From a virus: a stretch of DNA of 35,893 nucleotides. The DNA lies in the IMG/VR virus record IMGVR_UViG_3300010157_000016, positions 1-35,893 of that record, one strand, 5' to 3'. The position numbers were made by a program, and so were the translations under genes. Under the pieces are notes generated by a model. The model made no database searches. It was given only the letters and a program-made list of their open reading frames with translations, and had not been told where the DNA came from. Of this stretch, positions 8,304-17,300 are shown one piece after another (the stretch's first letter is position 1; each line of letters begins with the position of its first letter).

Positions 8304-10401
8304 TGGGCAGCCCTCCGGGCGGTGGTGGTGGTTGAATGAGATTTGCTTGGTCCATTGCGTGACGGTGGCGCATGTCGTGGGCCTGCATAGCCAGATCAGT
8401 CATGGCTATTTGCTGGTCGGTCTGGCTGCGCTGGTTTTCGGCCTGCACTTTGGCTGCATCAACCTGCACTTTGGCTTGGTCTGTTTGCGCCTTGATCTGC
8501 ACGTTGGGATCAGGTTGGGTTGGTGTCGGTGGCGGGGGCGGAGCCTCCATCTGCTCCATTGCTTTATCAATGACGCTCTCCAAACTCGCCGCCGTTTTGT
8601 AGCCACGAACCGCAAATTTAAGAAGCTCTCCGGCCAGTGTCGCCATGGCTGGAGCCTCCCTGATGATCGGCCCCCACGCTTGGACAAAGGACGAAATGGC
8701 CTGCAAAAACTCATTGCGTTTCTGCTTTTCGGCGTTTTCATCAGGCGAAACGGTAGAATCACTCTCAATGTCAATTCGCCATGATCTCAGGGAGTCAGAT
8801 TTGAGCAGTTCAATGGCCTGATCGAGGACGGTTAATGGCTGTCCGGTCTGTGGGTTGATAACCGGCTGGGGTGGCGCGGGCTGCCCGGTCATTGGGTCAA
8901 CCTGACCAGGAGGCCCCATGATAGGCTGCATAGCGTCCCTCATTTCGTCGGCGTCGGCCATCATTTTTATGGTGTCTGCGCTAAAATGCTCTGCAATGAT
9001 CTCAGCCTTGATCCTGATCATGTCACGGGCAAACCGGGCAACTTCTGTTTGTTTCCCGCGCACTCTGATTGATCCCCATTGAGCCTTTATTCCCTGAGCA
9101 GTAGCCGTCTCATTGGGATCAGACGCACCCCTGATAATGTCCGAAAGCCCCGTGACCTCGTATAAATCGGATTTTGCCTTGTCGCGGGCCTCGTAGAGCT
9201 GGATTAACGCGCTGGCAATGTCCTTGAGCGGAACCCAAGAAATTGCCTTGTCCAAACCTCCCTTTTCGGCATACATCGCCCAATTCTGGACCGGAATCAG
9301 ATCAAGATCGTTCCCGTCCTGAAATAGCCGCTTGATCTCCGTAATCTCGCCAGCATAAAGCCCGCGCACCTTAAGGGCTCCGGTAAGATGGGCAATGCGC
9401 TGTGTGAGCGCGTCGATCTCTTCTGCTTGGTCCTGATACTGGACAAAATCAGGGATAGGGATCAGGCTATCGTTTGTCAGTGTGGAAAACAGGGGTTTGG
9501 GGCATGGGAAAAAATCCGATAGCCGCAACGGATCATCGCGCACATCGAGCGGACCCTCTTTGTATTCCTTATGTAACCACAAAGCTTTTTTGCTCGATTT
9601 GTCCCAAATTTCATAGACTGTCGCTTTCTTGAACAGCTCATAGTTGCGGTCTTTTTCGTTCAACCCTTCCGGCTTGAAATCGAGCGGGACTTTCTTGCCG
9701 ATTTCATCGCCAAATCGTTCTATCAACTCATCCCGCGTCAGATAGGCCCGCCGCCAGACAGCGTAAACCTCAGCCCAGATACGAGCGCCCGCATTGTGGC
9801 CCCAATCGCTCCACGAAATATAATCGTCAATGATCTCCTCAAATTCCACTTCCTGATAGGTTTCTGCCGATTCAGCGCTGGCTGATTCTGGGCCGCTATC
9901 GTCCTGTAGGTTGTCGATCTGAGCGCCCTCTTCGGCGACATCTTCCGGCTGGGCTGGAATAGTCACATCACGAAAATGAGGAACATAGCGTTGCCATGAG
10001 ATCGACCGGCCCACGATCAGATAATCATCACGGCACTGCGCCATCACGTCATCGAATCCAGAGTGGCAGGTCAGCATATAATTAATGGCACGCTCCAAAA
10101 CCTCAGAGGCAACGCGCCCAACGGGATCATCGTCCTTGAATCTCCTGCCAACGCTGGCCTTGGGCGGCTGAGTATAGATGGATGGCTTCAGTGTTTCGAT
10201 GTTCGACCATAGTAGGTTAAACCGTTTCTGACTCGACTGATTGGCGTCCCGGTCATCACGATAGCGCCTGATTATTTTTTTGCACTGGTCGCCATACGCC
10301 TGAAACTTTTTTTCATAGAGCTGGATTTCGGTAGTCCATCGCCGGGCAAGGGCTGCGTCATCCGTTCCGAGGTCTTTTGTGGTTTCGATGCTGTCTGTCA
10401 T
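8296..10401 (-). CDS. Portal protein (701 aa)
   Basis: Largest head-module ORF, between terL and scaffold/capsid. ATG 10401 lies 1 nt after the upstream stop (the track ORF extends to 10512). Called by size and synteny. Confidence 0.7.
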   Translation of the reverse strand: MTDSIETTKDLGTDDAALARRWTTEIQLYEKKFQAYGDQCKKIIRRYRDDRDANQSSQKRFNLLWSNIETLKPSIYTQPPKASVGRRFKDDDPVGRVASEVLERAINYMLTCHSGFDDVMAQCRDDYLIVGRSISWQRYVPHFRDVTIPAQPEDVAEEGAQIDNLQDDSGPESASAESAETYQEVEFEEIIDDYISWSDWGHNAGARIWAEVYAVWRRAYLTRDELIERFGDEIGKKVPLDFKPEGLNEKDRNYELFKKATVYEIWDKSSKKALWLHKEYKEGPLDVRDDPLRLSDFFPCPKPLFSTLTNDSLIPIPDFVQYQDQAEEIDALTQRIAHLTGALKVRGLYAGEITEIKRLFQDGNDLDLIPVQNWAMYAEKGGLDKAISWVPLKDIASALIQLYEARDKAKSDLYEVTGLSDIIRGASDPNETATAQGIKAQWGSIRVRGKQTEVARFARDMIRIKAEIIAEHFSADTIKMMADADEMRDAMQPIMGPPGQVDPMTGQPAPPQPVINPQTGQPLTVLDQAIELLKSDSLRSWRIDIESDSTVSPDENAEKQKRNEFLQAISSFVQAWGPIIREAPAMATLAGELLKFAVRGYKTAASLESVIDKAMEQMEAPPPPPTPTQPDPNVQIKAQTDQAKVQVDAAKVQAENQRSQTDQQIAMTDLAMQAHDMRHRHAMDQANLIQPPPPPGGLPNV

Positions 10402-10402
10402 G

Positions 10403-10720
10403 TCAGCCAGTCCTATACCATTTGTTTTGATTAATAGTGTATCGAGCGTATCCGTTGACTGATAGTGCAGTAATAGTATCACTGATTGTGTGACCACCAT
10501 TTTGGACGCCAAGCGTCAATGCCGTGATGATCTGCGTTGATTTTATGGCGATCTCCTGACCATCCCAGGCGTTATTCGGGAATTTGACAGTGAGGGTTGC
10601 CAGCGTCCCTGCCGGGGTTAAAATCAGCGACGTTACATTATCCTGCATGTTGATTGTGGCAGCCGAAACAGGGCTGAACGCGACGCCGTTGGCTACTACT
10701 GAGGATGAACGCATTGTCAT
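10403..10720 (-). CDS. Small beta-rich hypothetical protein, 105 aa
   Basis: ATG 10720 directly follows the stop of the upstream ORF at 10722-10724. The track ORF 10403..10864 is trimmed to this start. Confidence 0.5.
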   Translation of the reverse strand: MTMRSSSVVANGVAFSPVSAATINMQDNVTSLILTPAGTLATLTVKFPNNAWDGQEIAIKSTQIITALTLGVQNGGHTISDTITALSVNGYARYTINQNKWYRTG

Positions 10721-10721
10721 T

Positions 10722-11018
10722 TTACATGCCCTCCCCGACCGTCGCATAAATGGCAGCCGAGCCGCTCGCTGTAATGGCAGCGATATATGTCTGGTTATCA
10801 GGATTGCGCGTGATGATTTTTGACTGTCCGGGCAATAGTGGATAGCTGCCCACCGTGGCGACAACCGCCGAGCCGCCCAATGCGATAAATACCGTCACTG
10901 CCCCGCCGTTTTGCAGTTCGATCTGCGCACCGGTCCCGAACAATGCCACGTTGCCGGTCGTGACTGTGGCGCTCAAACTCGCTGTTGCGCCGGGCGATAT
11001 AGAATAAACCGAGGACAT
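10722..11018 (-). CDS. Small beta-rich hypothetical protein, 98 aa
   Basis: ORF between terL and portal with A/G/S/T/V-rich composition. Confidence 0.5.
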   Translation of the reverse strand: MSSVYSISPGATASLSATVTTGNVALFGTGAQIELQNGGAVTVFIALGGSAVVATVGSYPLLPGQSKIITRNPDNQTYIAAITASGSAAIYATVGEGM

Positions 11019-11068
11019 GCGCCGATCTCCATAAAATTGGTTTGGCCGTCATCTCGACGGTCGGTTGC

Positions 11069-11097
11069 ATACTACACCGGTGTCCCAGTTAAATCAA
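11069..11097 (-). promoter_or_regulatory. Candidate sigma70-type promoter in the terL-to-head intergenic gap
   Basis: The minus strand reads TTGATT-N17-TAGTAT inside a 143-bp gap in an otherwise tightly packed operon. Confidence 0.3.
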
Positions 11098-11161
11098 TTA
11101 GCCGTCAGGCCTGTTTGGGCTGAGAAAAAATACGAAAATTAATCTACGCATTTAATCTCAT

Positions 11162-12565
11162 TTAAATTCGTCCATTGCCCGAATTGATTTTGCCTTCAGC
11201 CCACATGTCCTCAATAGTGACGTTTGACACGCCGCCAATGACCAGACGTTTTGAATTTATGGATTGAGGTTTTTGGCTTGACCACGGCCTGGACATGCAG
11301 GCATAGCGCCACTCATCCAGGCAATGGTCCTCGGATTCGGTATCAACATCCTCCGGTTTTATCCTGTCGTGCTGCATCGTGGGAATCGTCCTGATGCTGT
11401 CGCGGCACGTCGAAAAACAGTATATAAGCGGGCGGTCGTCCTCGCCCTTCATGCGCTGGCGCATTTGATCCCATCCAGGCACACGTTTATTGTCAGCGCC
11501 CAATATGTTCAGCAGCCCCGCCCGGCCCATCCGCTCCTTGATGCTCGGTCCGCCGTCCTGCTGTCCTGTAGCTGGATCTGCGGCGATATATGATAGTTTT
11601 TCGTCTCGGCCCATCCTGACCAAAATGCCGTGTGCCACATCCTCAGCCGTCATTTTGAGTCCGACGTTTGGCGAGCTGGCACCGTACCATTCTCTATACC
11701 TGATCAATGCGCCACGCGGGAACTCTGGCAGCTCGCCATCTGAGACGGCCCACCATCCAAAACTAAATGGCCGAGCAGAACCCCAATCGAACGACCCAAA
11801 CCGCGTCCAATGTGCTGGCAACTCGATAGGCTGCACGATGATTTTGGACGACCAGCAATCAAAAAACGCGCCCTCGATGACATTCCAATCTCCATCAAGC
11901 CACGCCCTGACCAACGCCAGACTACCTGTTTGTTTGAGGCGATCAACGTAACTTGGGTCGTTTTGCATCAACACACGGTTATCGTACAATCTGGCTGGAA
12001 TATAAACGCGCTTATTGCCGATGTCGTCGGATATGATGGCGTTGCCGAGAGGGTTTGGATCGATGTAACGAGCCTTGACCCAAGTATGTCCTGGGCCACC
12101 AGGGTTTCCGGTTCCGTGCATCTGGCATGGGATGCCAACGCCAGAGCGTAGGATACCGTGCATTTTCATGACTGGCGATGGGTCTGGAAAATTGGTCAGC
12201 TCCTCGAAAAACACATCAGTGTAATCGTGGCCCTGGTACTTTTCCGAGTCACTGTCACGTTCCAGCGGCCTGAACTTCAGAGTCGCGCCGTTTGGGAAAA
12301 CCCATGTTTTAGGCTGCTCCCGAAAAATAGCGCCTAGTTTGGGATAAATCTCTCTGGACCGCGATATAGCGGCCTCTAGCTGTGGCAGCTCACGCCTAAA
12401 AAAAATCCCCTTGGTATGGCCCCCGTAGCGTTTTTGTTTGAGCGCGAATTTGCCTAGCATCCCGTCTGTTTTACCGCCGCCCCTCGCACCACCATAAAAA
12501 ATCTCATAAACCGGGCAGTCAATCAGCCGTTTTTGCGGTCCCTGCTGAGGACGCCACGCGATCAT
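11162..12565 (-). CDS. terL: Terminase large subunit
   Basis: 467 aa with a Walker A-like GGARGGGKTDG near the N-terminus and an acidic nuclease-type C-terminal region (DVDTESEDHCLDEWRY). Sits downstream of the small subunit. Confidence 0.9.
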   Translation of the reverse strand: MIAWRPQQGPQKRLIDCPVYEIFYGGARGGGKTDGMLGKFALKQKRYGGHTKGIFFRRELPQLEAAISRSREIYPKLGAIFREQPKTWVFPNGATLKFRPLERDSDSEKYQGHDYTDVFFEELTNFPDPSPVMKMHGILRSGVGIPCQMHGTGNPGGPGHTWVKARYIDPNPLGNAIISDDIGNKRVYIPARLYDNRVLMQNDPSYVDRLKQTGSLALVRAWLDGDWNVIEGAFFDCWSSKIIVQPIELPAHWTRFGSFDWGSARPFSFGWWAVSDGELPEFPRGALIRYREWYGASSPNVGLKMTAEDVAHGILVRMGRDEKLSYIAADPATGQQDGGPSIKERMGRAGLLNILGADNKRVPGWDQMRQRMKGEDDRPLIYCFSTCRDSIRTIPTMQHDRIKPEDVDTESEDHCLDEWRYACMSRPWSSQKPQSINSKRLVIGGVSNVTIEDMWAEGKINSGNGRI

Positions 12566-12723
12566 CTCCAGAATAGTTTCGAGATTATTTCAGCAAATAG
12601 GCCCGACCACGACGCCCGTTGGTTAAAGTGCTGTTTGTTGTTGCGGAGGCAGGCAGTTATGTCGGGCGCTGCGAGAGTGCAAAAATAATCGAAGTGGATG
12701 CAATTGGTGCAGTGTTTTGTCAT
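12562..12723 (-). CDS. Small Cys-rich protein, 53 aa (MTKHCTNCIHFDYFC...)
   Basis: AAGGAG lies 7 nt upstream of ATG 12723. The stop overlaps the terL ATG (ATGA at 12562-12565). Confidence 0.5.
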   Translation of the reverse strand: MTKHCTNCIHFDYFCTLAAPDITACLRNNKQHFNQRASWSGLFAEIISKLFWR

Positions 12724-12740
12724 GACTTGGCTCCTTTGCG

Positions 12741-13133
12741 TCACGTCTTGCCCTGAGCCTCCCATTCCTCATCTGTCAAAGGCTCGGACGAAACATCATA
12801 GATCAATGTCCGCTGTTCGACTCTATCGACAAACATGCCCAAATGTTTTCCGAGGTGAGCGAGTGCCGACACCCTCGCACTGTGGCTCGCGCCGTCATCC
12901 ATGCGTTCAGATTCGACTTTGAGCCGACCGAGGACATATTCGACGGTTATACCGACATTTTTGGCATAAGCAGCCTGCGCCGTTTCGATGGCCGCTTTAA
13001 CTCCAGCATTTCCCAGCAAACGAGGACCATCAACGTCAGCGTTCTTGGCGCTGTAACCCGCACGAATAGCCGCTTGCGTGGCATTGAGGTCGATTAAATA
13101 TTCCTGCACAAATCTGGTTTGTTTTGGCGTCAT
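12741..13133 (-). CDS. terS: Terminase small subunit (P27/Terminase_2 type)
   Basis: MTPKQTRFVQEYLIDLNATQAAIRAGYS... is the typical N-terminal HTH signature of this family. AGGTGA lies 5 nt upstream of ATG 13133. The alternative ATG at 13151 is possible. Confidence 0.85.
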   Translation of the reverse strand: MTPKQTRFVQEYLIDLNATQAAIRAGYSAKNADVDGPRLLGNAGVKAAIETAQAAYAKNVGITVEYVLGRLKVESERMDDGASHSARVSALAHLGKHLGMFVDRVEQRTLIYDVSSEPLTDEEWEAQGKT

Positions 13134-13168
13134 TTGGTTCACCTGCCACATTAAACATAATTAATATG

Positions 13169-13738
13169 TTAAATCATATCTGGTGATTTATCCATGTTGA
13201 TATTGCCAGCAGTCGCTGAACAATACTGACAAACCGGACCATTTAGCCAACGGACACGCTCAAGATGGGCTGTTGCCGCTTCGATGAGATGGGTTATTTC
13301 ACCAAATTTCGGCTCGTCAATCCATGTGATCTCACAGAGAACAGTCTGGCTATCTTCGTCCGAAGCATCGGCGACGTAGACGGTTCCTGAAATCACGTCA
13401 GCCGGTTCCTCATCCGGCATCGGCAGTCCCTCATCATCACAAACGACGATCCGCGCCATGAAGCGCGGTGGCATCAAGTTAATGATGTATTTACGTTGAT
13501 GACCGTCGTCCGTCAATGATGATCCGATAACCCATTGATCACGCGGCCATTGGCAGATGTCGACTGTGGCAATCAATTCCTTAATCTTATCATAGACCCA
13601 AAGAGGCGTTTCTCCTTTCTGAATCCAGCGCCGCACATGACGATTATCGACATCGAGAAGCCGAGCAATAGCTGATTGCCATCCGATGCTGGTACGCAAG
13701 ATCGCCAGGGCGGCGGAAGTGAAATCGTCGGCGGTCAT
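13169..13738 (-). CDS. HTH-containing protein (189 aa) whose C-terminus carries the first half of an IS1595-type transposase zinc ribbon
   Basis: N-terminal HTH-like GWQSAIARLLDVDNRHVRRWIQKGE. The C-terminal HLERVRWLNGPVCQYCS resembles the (Y)LExxRWPNGxxCPxCG start of IS1595 transposases. Confidence 0.6.
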   Translation of the reverse strand: MTADDFTSAALAILRTSIGWQSAIARLLDVDNRHVRRWIQKGETPLWVYDKIKELIATVDICQWPRDQWVIGSSLTDDGHQRKYIINLMPPRFMARIVVCDDEGLPMPDEEPADVISGTVYVADASDEDSQTVLCEITWIDEPKFGEITHLIEAATAHLERVRWLNGPVCQYCSATAGNINMDKSPDMI

Positions 13739-13742
13739 TCTG

Positions 13743-14270
13743 TTATTCCTTGATTTGGCGGAAGCCGAAGCCGCGAGTTGATAAGCGCTTGATCAGGGCT
13801 TGGCCGGACGGCAGTGTGATTGTGGCTGTCTGGCCTTTCACAACGACTGTGCAACCGTTTTCTGCGCGTTCTTCGTATGTCGGACGCTTCAAGCTGCCGC
13901 TCCATTCCAGCCATTCCACGCGGCAATTCAGATAGTTGACGCCATCGCTCTTACGTTCAGTCTTGTGGTTTTTGAGTGCCTCGACCGCAACCGGATTCGG
14001 CTCAAAATCTTCTTCGGCATAACCGTAGGATTCGAGTAATTCAGCTTTATCCGCGTCGGTGATCGGAATACCGAAAACGATTTTCACTTTTATTGTGTGA
14101 TAAAATTTAACGCGGTTATAGGCCTTGGATGAGTGATGCCACTCTTCGTATCGGCAAAACTGCTCAACCAATACAGCCGGAACGCCTTTAATCTTCGAGG
14201 CTGGGACCAATCCGCCGTCATAGGCTGCGACGGCGTTGTTGCTCATTGAAAAACCATTGTAACCAGTCAT
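13743..14270 (-). CDS. Hypothetical protein, 175 aa; first gene of the leftward unit
   Basis: AGGAGG lies 6 nt upstream of ATG 14270. The track ORF (TTG 14351) would include the promoter, so it is trimmed. Confidence 0.6.
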   Translation of the reverse strand: MTGYNGFSMSNNAVAAYDGGLVPASKIKGVPAVLVEQFCRYEEWHHSSKAYNRVKFYHTIKVKIVFGIPITDADKAELLESYGYAEEDFEPNPVAVEALKNHKTERKSDGVNYLNCRVEWLEWSGSLKRPTYEERAENGCTVVVKGQTATITLPSGQALIKRLSTRGFGFRQIKE

Positions 14271-14322
14271 AGTGGGCCTCCTTGCCGCTTCCGAGCGGGC
14301 TTCATGCCCTGCTCTATGATCA

Positions 14323-14366
14323 AAATTACGCTCACAACCTATCGATGTCAAGCCCTAAAGCGTACA
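14323..14366 (-). promoter_or_regulatory. Leftward promoter PL with an upstream TGTACG half-site
   Basis: The minus strand reads TGTACG(14366-14361)-N9-TTGACA(14351-14346)-N17-TAATTT(14328-14323). Confidence 0.5.
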
Positions 14367-14457
14367 ATTCCGCATAATTCCCCCGCCATCACCAGAACAC
14401 AAGCAGAACATATCACGCATAATTGCTGTGAGGATAGCAGAAAAAGAATATCAGTCT

Positions 14458-14502
14458 TGTACGAAAACAGTGTTTGACATTGCAACAAAATTTTCGTACA
14501 AA
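14458..14502 (+). promoter_or_regulatory. Rightward early promoter P1 flanked by an inverted-repeat operator
   Basis: TTGACA (14474-14479)-N17-TACAAA (14497-14502). The perfect 10-bp inverted repeat TGTACGAAAA (14458-14467) / TTTTCGTACA (14491-14500) brackets the -35 and overlaps the -10. Confidence 0.6.
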
Positions 14503-14508
14503 TTGATT

Positions 14509-14733
14509 ATGAGCTACGTCATTAAAATAATCAATTGCTTTGGAGGGGTTCGCCCTCTTGCCAGAGCCACAAAAAAACCGCCAACGACAGTACAGGGTTG
14601 GGTTGATTCTGGTTCAATCCCAGACCGACATAAGCAGTCTGTCCTAGAGGCGGCGCTTGCCGCTGGCATAAGCCTTACGACAAACGACTTCTTTCCAACC
14701 CCATCAACCACAAAACGAGGAGCATCAGCATGA
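14509..14733 (+). CDS. Cro/YdaS-like HTH transcriptional regulator, 74 aa; probably leaderless
   Basis: MSYVIKIINCFGGVRPLARATKKPPTTVQGWVDSGSIP resembles Cro/YdaS-type HTH proteins. The ATG is 6 nt after the P1 -10, with no SD. Confidence 0.65.
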   Translation: MSYVIKIINCFGGVRPLARATKKPPTTVQGWVDSGSIPDRHKQSVLEAALAAGISLTTNDFFPTPSTTKRGASA

Positions 14734-14843
14734 CACTGATCAACTGGATCATCAGCAAGCTCGGCGGACGACATAAAAGAATGGGCGGATCGGAACGAGG
14801 ACAGGACGGTTATCAGAAGGCTTGTGCAACACAACAAGCCTGA
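14730..14843 (+). CDS. Possible small ORF, 37 aa
   Basis: ATGA overlap with the upstream stop. Below the ORF-track size cutoff; translated by hand. Confidence 0.3.
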   Translation: MTLINWIISKLGGRHKRMGGSERGQDGYQKACATQQA

Positions 14844-14873
14844 ATTGGCGTTGAGATTGACGGAGAGGCGAGG

Positions 14874-15059
14874 ATGAGTTGGCCATCAATCACATACAAA
14901 GAGCAGCTCGCTAATGCAGTCAGAGACGAATGCAAACCGTCATCGCATAGGGTTTTTGGCAGCCAGTACAAGGCGACGACAGCGGCACTTGCGGCTTACG
15001 TCAAGGCCGATAAAGGCAAGATTTTGGGGCCTGAATGGGCCAGACAGGGGGAATCATGA
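14874..15059 (+). CDS. Hypothetical protein, 61 aa
   Basis: ORF with an upstream GAGAGGCGAGG purine tract. Its stop overlaps the next ATG. Confidence 0.5.
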   Translation: MSWPSITYKEQLANAVRDECKPSSHRVFGSQYKATTAALAAYVKADKGKILGPEWARQGES

Positions 15060-15340
15060 CTGATGTTACTACTGGAGTTGGCAGTGATGCTCTAAAATCT
15101 ATCGTCGGTCGCGTCGAGCGGCTGAACGAAGAAAAAAAGGCGCTCAACGCGGATATTGCCGACATCTATAAAACGGCAAAATCACAGAGGTTTGATACCT
15201 CCGTCATCAAGGAAATCATCAAGCGCCGGGCTAAAGACCCCAGTGAAATCGATGAGTTTGAACAGCTCATTGATTTGTATTGCCATTCGATTGGCATGAT
15301 TAATGCTACGTGTGCGGGTGCGCGTGAGACTTCGGAATGA
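15056..15340 (+). CDS. GapR-like nucleoid-associated protein (DUF2312/UPF0335 family)
   Basis: LKSIVGRVERLNEEKKALNADIADIYKTAKSQRFDTSVIKEIIKRR...LIDLYCHSIGM is collinear with Caulobacter GapR as I recall it. ATGA coupling at 15056-15059. Confidence 0.75.
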   Translation: MTDVTTGVGSDALKSIVGRVERLNEEKKALNADIADIYKTAKSQRFDTSVIKEIIKRRAKDPSEIDEFEQLIDLYCHSIGMINATCAGARETSE

Positions 15341-15720
15341 AACACCTTGAAGATGCGCTCCAAGCCTCTGTTGTCGCGGCATTGCGGTTAAACCCTGATT
15401 TGCGCGTGCTGGCGATACCAAACGGCGGCAAGCGCAACATCATGGAGGCTTCCAGATTAAAGTCTCAGGGCGTGCTTGCTGGTGCAAGTGATTTGATGGT
15501 TGTTTGGGGTCCACATGCCGAAGTGGCATTCGTCGAGCTGAAAGCCCCTGGACTGATCAACCCAAAACGCCCGCTTGCGTGCCTGCGTGCATCCCAACTG
15601 GCTTGGCATGGGTTTTGCCAGTTATCGGGGTTTAATATCGCGGTTTGCGATTCGCTGGATGGCGTCCTTGAATTTTTGCGCGATTGCGGTGCGCCGGTTA
15701 AAGCGCGGTTGGCATCATGA
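15337..15720 (+). CDS. VRR-NUC domain nuclease
   Basis: IPNGGKRNIMEASRLKSQGVLAGASDLMVVWG...VAFVELKAP matches the VRR-NUC (PD-(D/E)xK) pattern. Confidence 0.7.
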   Translation: MKHLEDALQASVVAALRLNPDLRVLAIPNGGKRNIMEASRLKSQGVLAGASDLMVVWGPHAEVAFVELKAPGLINPKRPLACLRASQLAWHGFCQLSGFNIAVCDSLDGVLEFLRDCGAPVKARLAS

Positions 15721-15878
15721 CGCAGGCTCGGGAGTCCCGGTTTTTAGCCCTTTGGGCTGACGTTCGCGCCTCTTGGTGTGATTTTGAAATCGAAAGGACA
15801 GCCCGCGCTCTTTCTATTTATCGCGCCAATATGTCGGCGTTTCAGGCCGCGTTTATTGGCAGGGTGGTGGTTCAATGA
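15717..15878 (+). CDS. Possible small ORF, 53 aa
   Basis: ATGA overlaps at both ends (15717-15720 and 15875-15878). Translated by hand. Confidence 0.45.
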   Translation: MTQARESRFLALWADVRASWCDFEIERTARALSIYRANMSAFQAAFIGRVVVQ

Positions 15879-17299
15879 GCGCCGGGACAGGCGTCAGGTT
15901 GCCGCCCCATAATTTTGAGGCAGAGCAAGCCCTTTTGGGGGCCTTGATGCTCAACAATAGGACTTACGACAAGGTTGCTGACTTTTTGCGGCCCGACCAC
16001 TTTGCCGATCCCGGTCATGGCCGGATTTATGACTCCTGCGCCAAGCTCTTTGACATCGGCAAAAGTGCCACTCCGGTCACTCTGGCGAGTTATCTTGAAA
16101 AAGACCCGCTGGTGATTGATCTGGGCGGTTCGGAATATCTGGCCCAACTGGCTGGCTCGGTTATCTCGACGCTCAACGTCAGTGATTACGGACAACTGAT
16201 TTTTGATCTGCATCTGCGGCGAGAGGGCATCTTGATTTGCGAAGATGCCATTGATGAATTTTATACGGGCACCAGAGACGCCCCAGCTTCAAAAACCTAT
16301 GAGCGCATGGAGCATCGCGCAGCGCAGGCTATGACTGCCGTTATGGGCGACGATCGGACAAAAAGCGCGGGAGATTCCTACAGCATCGCCTTAACCCAGA
16401 TCGAGGCGTCCCGACAGGCGAGGCTTGACGGCAGGATGGTCGGCGTAACAACTGGCCTGATTGATCTGGATAAGGCTACTGGCGGTTTGCGCCGATCTGA
16501 TTTGATAATTTTGGCGGGCAGGCCGTCGCAGGGGAAAACCGGGCTGGCCCTCAATATCGCCGTCAATGCGGCCAAGGCCGGTAACGCAGTCCTGTTTGCC
16601 TCGCTGGAAATGTCGCATGAGCAACTGACACTGAGGACCATCGCCGCCGAAAGCGGTGTCCCGTCAAATCTCGCGGAGCAAGGCGACGTGACTGATTGGC
16701 AGTTTGACCGGATTTTGTCGGCCCGCGACGGAATAAGCGGACTGCCGCTCTATATCGATGACACCTGCAACATGAATCCTCAGGGCCTCAAGACCAGAGC
16801 CAGACGGATTAAGCGCAAACACGGCCTTAACATGATCGTGGTCGATTATCTCCAGCTCATGCACTCTGTTGGTAAATCGGAAAATCGGACGCAGGAGGTG
16901 TCTGAATTGACCCGCTCCCTCAAGGGAATTGCCCGCGAACTGGACGTGCCAGTGCTGGTGCTGTCTCAGCTCTCCAGAGCGGTCGAGAGCCGCGATGATA
17001 AACGCCCAATGCTCTCCGATCTGCGCGAGTCCGGGTCCATTGAGCAGGACGCTGACGTGGTGATGTTTATTTATCGTGAACAATATTATCTCGAACGGGC
17101 AGAGCCGGGGCGCAAGCCTAGTCAGTCTCAGGAAAAACACAACGACGCGATGGCAGTTTGGAATAGCCAGCTTGCTGACGTGAAAAACAAGGCAGAGGTA
17201 ATCATTGCAAAGCAGCGGCGCGGGCCTGTTGGAACCAAGTACCTGCACTTTGATCCAACGCTGGTTAAGTTTTCTAATTTGGCACAGAAGGGATTTTGA
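15875..17299 (+). CDS. dnaB: Replicative DNA helicase, DnaB family
   Basis: 474 aa with N-terminal PHNFEAEQALLGALML, Walker A GRPSQGKTG, Walker B MIVVDYLQLM, and the SQLSR and KQRRGP motifs. Confidence 0.92.
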   Translation: MSAGTGVRLPPHNFEAEQALLGALMLNNRTYDKVADFLRPDHFADPGHGRIYDSCAKLFDIGKSATPVTLASYLEKDPLVIDLGGSEYLAQLAGSVISTLNVSDYGQLIFDLHLRREGILICEDAIDEFYTGTRDAPASKTYERMEHRAAQAMTAVMGDDRTKSAGDSYSIALTQIEASRQARLDGRMVGVTTGLIDLDKATGGLRRSDLIILAGRPSQGKTGLALNIAVNAAKAGNAVLFASLEMSHEQLTLRTIAAESGVPSNLAEQGDVTDWQFDRILSARDGISGLPLYIDDTCNMNPQGLKTRARRIKRKHGLNMIVVDYLQLMHSVGKSENRTQEVSELTRSLKGIARELDVPVLVLSQLSRAVESRDDKRPMLSDLRESGSIEQDADVVMFIYREQYYLERAEPGRKPSQSQEKHNDAMAVWNSQLADVKNKAEVIIAKQRRGPVGTKYLHFDPTLVKFSNLAQKGF

Positions 17300-17300
17300 T

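Noticed and set aside
14428-14508. Longer GTG-initiated version of the cro-like ORF (track 14428..14733)
   Set aside because: The extension would contain the whole P1 promoter and operator, and it lacks an SD. The protein family signature begins at the ATG at 14509.
16664-17248. 194-aa minus-strand ORF inside dnaB
   Set aside because: It is antisense to a gene with unambiguous DnaB motifs. Composition is junk-like and there is no SD. This is a typical antisense shadow ORF.
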